Source: a virus (taxonomy: Duplodnaviria > Caudoviricetes). From it: a stretch of DNA of 64,000 bases. Numbering within the stretch: the stretch's first letter is position 1; each line of letters starts with the position of its first letter. Made by a program: the position numbers and the translations under genes. Shown piece by piece: positions 52,101-60,448 of the stretch. Below the pieces are notes generated by a model, which saw only the letters and a program-made list of their open reading frames with translations, was not told where the DNA came from and made no database searches. The DNA lies in IMG/VR virus record IMGVR_UViG_3300028591_000179, positions 10,773 to 74,772 of that record. One strand, given 5' to 3'.

Positions 52101-53599
52101 AATGCTTTTTTAACAACTTCTTTTAAAGTCTTTTGATCATTGAAATAACCTCGTTTAATTCTTAATAACAAACCTTCATTACTTTTATATCGACTACCTT
52201 TATATAATGCTCCTTTATAACCAAAATCAGGAACATTATATCCTCCATATATATCAATAACTCTATTCATTACTGGTCTATATGCTTTTATTTGATTTAA
52301 TATTTCTTCATCTGTAAACCTCGTATCATCCATTTTATTTTCCTCTAATTGCATTTGTTACACCATTCATAATAATAAACTTTTCATACATAACTTGCCT
52401 CCTTCCATTAGTTAACTAACAATTCAAGGAAACACCATAATTACTTATGATGTTTCTATCAACTGTTAACTACAAATAAGTTTATTCATTAGATCAATAC
52501 CACTCAATTCACGAGATAAATGTATTTTAATCTTTTCAATCGGTATACCGTATACTTGTGTTAACAATGATAACCGATCAATTACATCATTAACATTATC
52601 GAATCTTTCTTGCGATCTTACATCAAAACGCATAGGTTTCTTAAGTCTACACGTGTCTACATTAAAAACATACTCAATAATGTACGTTTCTTTAATATCT
52701 TTATCATATAACTTACTCATTTTGTTCTCTCTGATGCAAAGTTAGATTCGAAATATTTATCTGATGTCCAATATTTGATGACGTTCGTATAACTTCCAGA
52801 ATTCGTTTTTTCAGGAGTTATTATTAACAGTACTAACATCGTTATTAAACCAAACAATACTAGACCAATTAATACGTTATATATATATTTCATACTTTCC
52901 TCATACAAAAAAGGCTGATGAATAACAACATCATAAGCCTCATTACCGACAGCTTTTAATCGAACTGCATCAAGAATATGTTTATACTCTTGAATGCCGT
53001 TTTCATAGCATCCTCAAGTTGATACTTATTAAGACCGCTTGCAATGTGTCCATATGCGAAGTACCCTTCGAGTTCTTTCATCTGAAAAGTATACTCAGCC
53101 TCGCTGTCTTTCATAAATAATGTCGGGTATTCAAGACATTTAATACCAACAACAAGATTACCTTCACGCGTTTTACGTACAGCCTTCATTTCACCATACA
53201 TAATTACGGCATTAGCACATTTTCTAAGAGCATAATACTCTTCACCAAAACGTTCTTTCATTGCACGGAAATTGGCGATATGCTCTTCACGTTTATTATT
53301 ATAATTCATGATAGTCTCCTTTCATTACTAGAGTTAACGAAAAGCAGTGCTAGACTCATGATAATCTAACACCACCAACTACTTTAATATTCGGAACAAT
53401 ATTTCTGAAAGTCCCGACAATACTCAGCAAAACTCGAATCTCTGCCAAATACTTTCTTCCCAGCTCTTTTATTCTCCTCTGAGCTGTCTGTGATTAAACA
53501 ACGACGCTCAATCACCTTTCTGTCATTAGCTACTGCACCACTGATGACACTCGTGATGTGCTTTGCCAGTTTCTCAATGTCGTTAGTTTCTTTATACAT
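46151..53599 (-). other. Dense run of ~23 small, mostly acidic early ORFs (candidate host-takeover module)
   Basis: Head-to-tail AGGAG-preceded ORFs; includes 46511-47044 (ends AALRLRGY), tandem paralogs 48122-48391 and 48384-48818 (starts revised to MTKIY), 48811-49077, 49094-49765 (YIHSG...FDS..G), 50394-50789 (Zn finger), 51444-51989 (DPCY...GYGD...ADSG), 52717-52908 (TM). Confidence 0.65.
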
Positions 53600-53686
53600 G
53601 GTTAGTCTCCTTAAATACCTTTATTAAATACAAAAAGAGCGATGCCAGCTTTACTCACCAACATCGCTCACTCAGCTATCTGACGA

Positions 53687-54088
53687 CTAGAGTGCTACTA
53701 CATCGTCAGTATCAACGGCGTCACTAGCGTCACTAGCGGCGTCACTATAACCCAATGGCGCATATACACCACCACCGAGTTTCTGAATTGTGCCCTGCTT
53801 CACTGCACAGTGCCACAGTCTGTCACAGAACCACTTGATTTCATGGTCTTCACCTGTGGCAGCTTTCCAGGCAGCCTGAATCTGATTACAGGATACCGGG
53901 TGGCCTATTGCCTCGACCAGTTCTTTCAACTGGGCAAACACCCCAGTACTAGAAGCACCGCTTTTCGTACGGGCCGGGGTGGCCTCGGCCGCTTGAATCG
54001 CAGCTACCATATTGAACACAAAGTTTTTACCAGATGTACGAGCCTCACGTACTTGCTCTAAAGTCTTCTTAGTCATATTTACCTCCAC
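53687..54088 (-). CDS. GC-rich first gene of the early run; possible winged-helix protein
   Basis: Markedly higher G+C than neighbours; GGAGG RBS favours ATG of MTKK; helix-helix-...G.IQKLGGGVY wing-like end. Confidence 0.55.
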   Translation of the reverse strand: MEVNMTKKTLEQVREARTSGKNFVFNMVAAIQAAEATPARTKSGASSTGVFAQLKELVEAIGHPVSCNQIQAAWKAATGEDHEIKWFCDRLWHCAVKQGTIQKLGGGVYAPLGYSDAASDASDAVDTDDVVAL

Positions 54089-54139
54089 TAACTAAGATTT
54101 GTTACTCATCTAACTTTTTGCTAGATGCTATTGACCCAA

Positions 54140-54188
54140 TGTCAATATATAAACACTAAATACTTTATTTAATATTTATATATTGACA
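54140..54188. repeat. Perfect 14-bp inverted repeat (tgtcaatatataaa / tttatatattgaca, 21-nt spacer)
   Basis: Direct reading. Confidence 0.9.
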
Positions 54189-54211
54189 CTTATTTCTTTA
54201 TTTATTATATT
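54183..54211 (+). promoter_or_regulatory. Consensus sigma70 promoter pointing into the non-coding repeat tract
   Basis: TTGACA-N17-TATATT; no + strand ORF until about 55.3 kb. Confidence 0.55.
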
Positions 54212-54228
54212 TAAATTATATTATATTA

Positions 54229-54500
54229 TTTTTGCTAATACTTTTTGCTAATTTTAAATTTTATATATTTGTTTAATTTTTAATAATTATAAAATATTAT
54301 TTTTGCTAATATTTTTTGCTTATAATAATTTTTATTTTTTGTTAATTTTTTATTTTTGCTAATTTAAATTTTATATATATTTGTTTCATTTTTTTAAATT
54401 ATATTTTATAACTTCTGCTAATATTTTTTGCTTATTTTAAATTTTATATTCCGCCAGCCAGCCGGCCCCCGCCGAGCCTTTACGCGTATATTTGCTAATA
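54229..54500. repeat. AT-rich tract with ~8 dispersed TTTTGCT(A/T)AT-like copies (iteron-like) ending in an abrupt GC patch at 54451-54486
   Basis: Copies near 54230, 54243, 54301, 54315, 54354, 54413, 54426, 54491. Confidence 0.75.
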
Positions 54501-54540
54501 ATAAGTTACCGTTCAGTAGGAGGGCGTCATGGAAGCAGCA

Positions 54541-54579
54541 TAAGTCCTAATAAGTCCTAATGAGTCATAATGAGTCCTG
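54541..54579. repeat. Four tandem 10-bp units
   Basis: taagtcctaa taagtcctaa tgagtcataa tgagtcctg. Confidence 0.85.
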
Positions 54580-54693
54580 TAATTAATGTAGTTATAAAAA
54601 GTCCATATAAAGCCCATAGAAAGCCTTATTTATTTTTGTTATATGTTATGAGGTATTTATAAAAAATGTGTGTATATGAGCTTTAAAAGTGAA

Positions 54694-55182
54694 TTATTTA
54701 AGTAGACTATTGAAGACTATTGTATTTTTTAATTCATCATATACTTTTTGGTAAGTAGTTATTTCTGATTTAAGATTTATTTTTGATTTTTTTGTATTGT
54801 TATATATTATTGGTTTATATATATAGTTTGATAGCATATTAGGGTTCATTCTTGATATACCTAATAATGATTCTATATTATTTTTATTTATATATAGTTT
54901 TATTGTTTTTATTGATTTATAGTCTTTAGTAGATGTTATTAGTATTGATGTATATATATTATTATAGTAATTTAGGAATACATCATACTTATGGTTTTTT
55001 GCTTTTATTTGTATATATTTAAATTTTATATTTTTTATTATTAGAATATTATAGAATGTTATTAGAGTACTTATGAATAACGAATTTATATATACATTTA
55101 ATTCTTTTGGTTCAGATAGAGTATATATATTATTTATTTTATCATAATTTCTATAATCCATTTCTAATTTTATTTTTTTCAT
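54694..55182 (-). CDS. Hypothetical protein, C-terminal-motif family (motif internal)
   Basis: IKLYINKNNIESLLGISRMNP. Confidence 0.5.
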   Translation of the reverse strand: MKKIKLEMDYRNYDKINNIYTLSEPKELNVYINSLFISTLITFYNILIIKNIKFKYIQIKAKNHKYDVFLNYYNNIYTSILITSTKDYKSIKTIKLYINKNNIESLLGISRMNPNMLSNYIYKPIIYNNTKKSKINLKSEITTYQKVYDELKNTIVFNSLLK

Positions 55183-55313
55183 TGTTTTTATATATACCTT
55201 TTTTCTTCTTTTGTTATTTATATTATATGGTTTAAATTATATAAAGTAAAGCAATATATTAAAGAGTTCTATATATAAGTTTTAATTATATATAGTTTTT
55301 GGGAGATTTATTT

Positions 55314-55505
55314 ATGCAGACTAATAAAGAAGTTAGAATTACATTAAGAGCTGATGAAGGTAAAATGATTACTGATGGAACTTATGTATTTAATATGGTA
55401 GAAGTTTTATCAGAAGAAGAAGCTGCTCGTTATTATGAAATTAGTAAAGAAGAAGCAGAAGCTAAAGAAGCTGAAAGATTGGCTAAAAAAGAATCTGAAG
55501 AATAA
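55314..55505 (+). CDS. Small tail-associated late protein (start revised from 55299)
   Basis: AGTTCT at 55265; GGGAG RBS; LRADEGKMITDG motif. Confidence 0.55.
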   Translation: MQTNKEVRITLRADEGKMITDGTYVFNMVEVLSEEEAARYYEISKEEAEAKEAERLAKKESEE

Positions 55506-55530
55506 ATATATTTTAGCATTATAAACAATT

Positions 55531-55567
55531 AAGTATCCTAGAAATTAATTTCTAGGATACTTTTTTT
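55531..55567. terminator. Bidirectional terminator (perfect 32-bp palindrome)
   Basis: aagtatcctagaaattaatttctaggatactt plus T run. Confidence 0.85.
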
Positions 55568-55570
55568 ATT

Positions 55571-55951
55571 TTAACTTATTAGGTATTCTAAAGTAATAGG
55601 ATCAGCATCGTATTGTATTCTATGTTGTATTATTATAGATTTTATTTTTTCTATTTGATCATCTTCTATAGCAAACCATTCACCTTTCATATGTTTAGCT
55701 ATATCATGTATTTTTCTATGAATTAATTTTTCTATTTTTAATAAATGTCTTCTTTTACATTCAAATTCTTCAGTAAACAAAAGAGTAAGATTATTTGGAT
55801 GACCTGTTTGTAATTGCTTTAATCTTTTTTCTGGATGTTTAGATATACCTACTTTTATATATCCGTTATTATCTGATATTATATAGATATACGAATAAGT
55901 TGGTATTGTATCTTTAATATATAATTCTGCAATTTTTTTATAATTAATCAT
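55571..55951 (-). CDS. GIY-YIG nuclease, T5orf172/MUG113-like
   Basis: YIYII...YIKVGISKHPEKRLKQLQTGHP...IEK.IH...GEWF. Confidence 0.85.
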   Translation of the reverse strand: MINYKKIAELYIKDTIPTYSYIYIISDNNGYIKVGISKHPEKRLKQLQTGHPNNLTLLFTEEFECKRRHLLKIEKLIHRKIHDIAKHMKGEWFAIEDDQIEKIKSIIIQHRIQYDADPITLEYLIS

Positions 55952-55985
55952 ATATTATAGAATTGTTAAAAAATATATAGTTTTA

Positions 55986-56315
55986 TTATAATTTAACAGT
56001 TGTATCTAATTTACCATATAATCTTAATAAAGCAATAATATTTTCTTCACTTGTTTTTATTTTAATATATAATATAATAAATTTTTTTGTTTTAACATTA
56101 TTGCCTTCATCGTTATGTAATATTTCTATATCCATTATTTCTTCTGGAAAAATTGCTCTTAATAAATCAACTGCTCTAGAAGTAGTTTGATTTAAAGGTA
56201 AATTTATTTTTATAATGTTTTTTGATTCATCTATAGTATAAAAGGCGTGTCTATAATTAATACCTAATATTTTTGATATAATACTTCTTAATATTATTCT
56301 ATATGCATTTAACAT
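55986..56315 (-). CDS. Hypothetical protein, C-terminal-motif family
   Basis: IKIKTSEENIIALLRLYGK. Confidence 0.55.
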   Translation of the reverse strand: MLNAYRIILRSIISKILGINYRHAFYTIDESKNIIKINLPLNQTTSRAVDLLRAIFPEEIMDIEILHNDEGNNVKTKKFIILYIKIKTSEENIIALLRLYGKLDTTVKL

Positions 56316-56391
56316 TTTTAATCCTTTTTGTTTTACATATAATTTATTTTATATATATTATATTTAAGAAAAATTAAAAGGAAAACAAAAA

Positions 56392-56721
56392 ATGAATCTT
56401 AGTTGGAAGTATATTAAGGAAAAATCTAATTCATCGCAATCAGTATATACTATTAAAATAAACACTCTTATTTATTTATTAATAGTTAAAGATGATGAAA
56501 AAATATTAAGTATAGCAAATAAAGACTATAGTAAAAGAGCATTAGTTATAAAATATGATTCTTTTTATAATTTATTATTTGATTTACCTGAGAAAAATTC
56601 ATATAATAATTGGATATTACCAGATGATGTTAGATTATATAGTAAGATACAAGAATTAAATATTCCAGTAGATCCAGATGTTTGGGAAGATTTTTATAAA
56701 ATTAAAAAAGGAGATATTTAA
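56392..56721 (+). CDS. Hypothetical early-type protein
   Basis: TTTACA-type promoter upstream, no AGTTCT; AAAGGA RBS. Confidence 0.55.
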   Translation: MNLSWKYIKEKSNSSQSVYTIKINTLIYLLIVKDDEKILSIANKDYSKRALVIKYDSFYNLLFDLPEKNSYNNWILPDDVRLYSKIQELNIPVDPDVWEDFYKIKKGDI

Positions 56722-56732
56722 ATCTCCTTTTT
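56705..56732. terminator. Bidirectional terminator
   Basis: aaaaaggagat/atctccttttt stem. Confidence 0.7.
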
Positions 56733-56751
56733 AGTTTAGCATTTGAAATAA

Positions 56752-56952
56752 TTATTTAGTCACAGAGACTTCTTCATTGTTTTCTTGGTCTTCAATTACT
56801 CTGCTTGATTCTGTATAAACATGTTTTGTATTAATTACATCAATAGCATCAGCAAATTCTATACCATCTTCACGAATAATATAATGCTTATCATTACTAT
56901 AATTATGCTTAAACATTCTACCATCAATTTCAATTTCTTCAGTAACTAACAT
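56752..56952 (-). CDS. Small tail-associated late protein
   Basis: HNYSNDKHYIIREDGIEFADAID...YTES motif; AGTTCT on - at 56989. Confidence 0.6.
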   Translation of the reverse strand: MLVTEEIEIDGRMFKHNYSNDKHYIIREDGIEFADAIDVINTKHVYTESSRVIEDQENNEEVSVTK

Positions 56953-57032
56953 TTATTTTTTTCTCCACTTTAATTATAACTAGTTAATAGAACTCTTCAT
57001 TTTTATTACTGCTAATTGAGTTACTATACTCA

Positions 57033-57254
57033 TTATGATACATTACCACTATTTATATTTTGTAAAATACTTTCTATATTACCTATTAAATCATAAACAC
57101 ATTTTGCACTTGGATACTGTGTATCAGTACTACTTGAAGAAATAGATGTAACTAAATTTGATGTATCTTGCTTATTATTTAACCCAGATCTAGCTGTGCT
57201 ATCTTTTATATTATAAGTTGTTGTACCATCTGAAATTTTAGATATATCGGCCAT
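57033..57254 (-). CDS. Small tail-fibre-associated protein
   Basis: DISKISDGTTTYNIKDSTAR...YPSAKCVYD fibre-shoulder motifs. Confidence 0.6.
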   Translation of the reverse strand: MADISKISDGTTTYNIKDSTARSGLNNKQDTSNLVTSISSSSTDTQYPSAKCVYDLIGNIESILQNINSGNVS

Positions 57255-57272
57255 TAATTATTTCCTTTATAA

Positions 57273-58619
57273 TTAACTTATTGTCAAAGTTTCAGTTGAA
57301 GAATCATATATAAATGTAGGAGAAGTACTAATGTTACCACTTCCTAATAAAGATGTATTATTAATAGTTTTAATACTTGTACCTGAAACTAAAGCATCTT
57401 GTTTTCCAGACCATGTAGATTTTTCTGTAGCTGTAACTGTTTTATTTGTGGTACCATCAGAAATATTATCTGCACTTATTTTGTTACTTGATGTAATTTT
57501 TGTTTGATAAGTTGCTGAAATATCAGGAATATCTGATGCACTTAAATTATCTCCAGCTGTAACAAGACCTTTGCTATCATAAGTAATTTTACATTTTGTA
57601 GCTCCTGTAATAGCTGTATTTGAAGCTACTGCATTAACGTCAGATGCTGTAAGAGATATATTACTTGAAAGCGCTTTACTATTAATTGTACGAGACGTTG
57701 GTACATAACCACTTAAATCAACCATTCCAGCAAGAACATCAAAGAAATAACCAGACGATTGTAATACAATATTACCAGAAGAATCATAAATATAATCTTC
57801 TGGTAAAGGTGTTTCATGATAATCACCATCTATATATGTATAAAGATAATCAATATTATTATTTGATACAGTGCCAGCATAAGCATATTCTGTTGCAACA
57901 CCATTAGTGATTTTATACATCATATCACCTTGCTGAACATTTTGATTAAGCGAATAAATTGGATTTCTTCCACGACAAGTAAAACAGTAATATGTAACAT
58001 TTCCAGTTGCTTCAATAATTACAACATTACTTCCAGCAGGATATGTCTTACCACTTCCTTCTACAAATCGTGAATCTGTAGTGAATGCATCTGTTATATT
58101 ATATACATTACCTTCATTTGTAGAAGCTGGAGTTGGCAATGAAGCAAATGCAATACTTCCTGCCGGTTTATATACAGAAGCAATAGCTGCATCTATAGCA
58201 GATTTAACAGCAATACCACTTTGTGCATTAGTAGATATTCCTGAGTATGATTGATCTACAGTTGGAACGGATAAAGTAACATTACCATTTACTGGACTTA
58301 TATTATTAACCGATGTAACAGTACCTATATTACTTGTATATCCTGATGGATTACTTGAATTATAAGGTGTAAATCCTAAAGCAGTAGTTACATCACTAGA
58401 TGTAATACCACTAATAAATTCATTATCATTTGTTAAATCAGATGTTTTTGTAGGAATTGTAGGTTTATCGGTTAAATCATTGTATGATAATGATCCATCT
58501 GTAACAAAATACAATTCATTATCATTTAATTGATTATTATTATCTAAAGTATCATATTGAGCTTGTGTTAATTTATTAATAACTAATTGTGAAGTAATGG
58601 TATCTGTTGACATTTGCAA
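57273..58619 (-). CDS. Tail fibre-like protein
   Basis: INKLTQAQYD...NELYF, IPTKTSDLTND, VTSVN...GNV, VYKPAGS, KITYDSKGLVTAG, KQDALVSGTSIKTIN modules; late motif upstream. Confidence 0.75.
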   Translation of the reverse strand: MQMSTDTITSQLVINKLTQAQYDTLDNNNQLNDNELYFVTDGSLSYNDLTDKPTIPTKTSDLTNDNEFISGITSSDVTTALGFTPYNSSNPSGYTSNIGTVTSVNNISPVNGNVTLSVPTVDQSYSGISTNAQSGIAVKSAIDAAIASVYKPAGSIAFASLPTPASTNEGNVYNITDAFTTDSRFVEGSGKTYPAGSNVVIIEATGNVTYYCFTCRGRNPIYSLNQNVQQGDMMYKITNGVATEYAYAGTVSNNNIDYLYTYIDGDYHETPLPEDYIYDSSGNIVLQSSGYFFDVLAGMVDLSGYVPTSRTINSKALSSNISLTASDVNAVASNTAITGATKCKITYDSKGLVTAGDNLSASDIPDISATYQTKITSSNKISADNISDGTTNKTVTATEKSTWSGKQDALVSGTSIKTINNTSLLGSGNISTSPTFIYDSSTETLTIS

Positions 58620-58694
58620 ATCTCTTAATGTTAATACAATTTAAATTATATGTTTTAGAACTTAAAATTATATTATTATAAGAGATCATTACCA

Positions 58695-58868
58695 TTAAAA
58701 ATTATTAGATAAAGTAGTTATATTTTTTATATTTTTATTAGAGGTTAAAAAATTATACATTTCTCTTTTTGATTTTCTTCTCATTCTTCGCTTTGTAATA
58801 AATTTTATATATCTTTTTTTAGCAGTAGATATTGTATACTTTTTTAAAAAATCATTAAATGTAAGCAT
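58695..58868 (-). CDS. 57-aa Arg/Lys-rich protein (not in ORF track)
   Basis: MLTFNDFLKKYTISTAKKRYIKFITKRRMRRKSKREMYNF...; GGGAGG RBS. Confidence 0.6.
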   Translation of the reverse strand: MLTFNDFLKKYTISTAKKRYIKFITKRRMRRKSKREMYNFLTSNKNIKNITTLSNNF

Positions 58869-58897
58869 AATAAATCCTCCCTACTATTTTAAATATA

Positions 58898-59180
58898 ATT
58901 AATATCTGTTATCTGTGGCCAAAATAAAACTCCTAATCTTCAATTTACCCCACAGAACGTATAGTCTTTGTTTTGAGTCATATCGGTTCCCATAATTAAA
59001 TTGGCCAAATAGGACTAATTGACAGTTCGCATTCACCTATGACTTCCGTTTAATTATATATTCAAGTAAAACCTAAATATATAATGTTTCATTAATTTAC
59101 GATATAGCCAAGTATCCGGTCATACTATATCTCTCTATACTCCATCTAGCGTCTATACTTCCGCCATAACAGATATTAAT
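58898..59180 (-). ncRNA. Candidate structured ncRNA with tRNA-like D-arm
   Basis: Perfect 15-bp terminal pairing (58898-58912 / 59166-59180); internal stems; G.U pairs favour - strand; no ORF; promoter-like sequence just upstream. Confidence 0.55.
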
Positions 59181-59237
59181 AATACTTAAATTATAATTAA
59201 TATATAATATTAAATTTATGAAATGTAAAACAAAAAA

Positions 59238-59417
59238 TTAATAACAGTAATATATATCATTATGCTCTATACAATTAGAATAACTACTATACAATAACTG
59301 TTCATATGTTAAATCTGTTTTATGATAACCTTGACTTTTTATCCATTCTTCTCTTTCATCAATGTTATTAGTACATGCAATTAATATTACTGGTAATATA
59401 AAAATTATTTTTTTCAT
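59238..59417 (-). CDS. 59-aa lipoprotein (not in ORF track)
   Basis: MKKIIFILPVILIA-C signal peptide/lipobox; ATGA overlap with upstream gene. Confidence 0.7.
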   Translation of the reverse strand: MKKIIFILPVILIACTNNIDEREEWIKSQGYHKTDLTYEQLLYSSYSNCIEHNDIYYCY

Positions 59418-59716
59418 TTATTAATCTCTGGAAAGTAATATTTATTTAATACATTTAAATCTTCTAACGTAACTTCGTAATTTTTTTTATTACAAATTAC
59501 ACTATCTACTCCACAATGAGGACATATTGCCGTTTGTCCTTCATCGGTCCATTCTGTAATATCACCAGAATAAAATATTTTTTTACAATAAAAACAACCA
59601 CAAGTATCTGATTTATCTATATCTTTTTTATTATTTATAGCACAACTATGTAATTTAATTAATTCTTCTAAACTCATTTTTACCACCACATTTTGTCTAA
59701 ATTTTTGATAAACCAA
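59414..59716 (-). CDS. Conserved zinc-binding hypothetical protein
   Basis: CGCFYC...EW.D.G.TAICPHCGVDSVI; likely start at MSLEEL. Confidence 0.65.
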   Translation of the reverse strand: MVYQKFRQNVVVKMSLEELIKLHSCAINNKKDIDKSDTCGCFYCKKIFYSGDITEWTDEGQTAICPHCGVDSVICNKKNYEVTLEDLNVLNKYYFPEINK

Positions 59717-60369
59717 ATTAAATTTTTTCTACGCCACTTATAACATTTATGATATTGTTTTAAATTATAAGGCATATTTTTATGATTTATTTTATCATTT
59801 TCTAAATATTTTTCTTCAACTTCCATTCTATAGAGAGTTGCATTTCCTTTATCTGGACCGTCTTGAATAGTTTTATATTTAACTTTTAATAAAGGTTTAA
59901 TCTTCCACTTATTTTCCCAAGCAGAAGTTTCAAACATTAATATATCTTCTAAAGTATCTATTACTAAAAGTAATTTTCTTTTAAAATTATAATCACCGTG
60001 TTTTTTAATTAATCTAAATAACCAATTATCTTTTTTATTAATTATACAGTAATTATAATATCTTTTTTCATACTTATTTAACCCTAACCAAGTTAAATCT
60101 ATTATTTTTTCTGCTTTTTTTAAATATGTTTTAAGAATAGGAAGTAAAACTTTAGCAAAAGAATTATCCAAATCCCAACTAAGATAATACGAGGCATCTT
60201 TTAATGACCTATCTAGGTTTTTTAAACAATTTTTTCTTTTTTCTTCCTTTTTTAAATAGTTTTCCATCCTTTTTCTTTCTCTAAAAAAAGAAGACTGGAA
60301 TAAATTCAAAACTTTACAAGAAGCTTTATAAAATGAATGTTGAAATCCAGTCTTCTTTTTAATAAACAA
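59680..60369 (-). CDS. Hypothetical basic protein
   Basis: Likely start at internal MENYLK. Confidence 0.5.
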   Translation of the reverse strand: MFIKKKTGFQHSFYKASCKVLNLFQSSFFRERKRMENYLKKEEKRKNCLKNLDRSLKDASYYLSWDLDNSFAKVLLPILKTYLKKAEKIIDLTWLGLNKYEKRYYNYCIINKKDNWLFRLIKKHGDYNFKRKLLLVIDTLEDILMFETSAWENKWKIKPLLKVKYKTIQDGPDKGNATLYRMEVEEKYLENDKINHKNMPYNLKQYHKCYKWRRKNLIWFIKNLDKMWW

Positions 60370-60448
60370 CTACATTAATAGTAGTCAATTACCATATATT
60401 CAAAAAATATCTGCTGTACGCTTCTTTTTGAACTTACAATAAATAGAA

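Noticed and set aside
54229-54579. CRISPR mini-array
   Set aside because: Repeats are about 10 bp, irregular or directly tandem, with no unique 25-45 bp spacers and no cas genes
55571-55951. GIY-YIG gene as an intron or mobile element
   Set aside because: Free-standing with own start and terminator; no interrupted host gene or intron core seen
58898-59180. Canonical tRNA, tmRNA, RNase P RNA or group I intron
   Set aside because: D-arm-like 5' end but no TTC T-loop, anticodon arm or CCA; no GAGGAAAGTCC; TAGTC precedes GACTA, the reverse of group I P7 order. Six GGA motifs are not clearly above chance for a CsrA sponge
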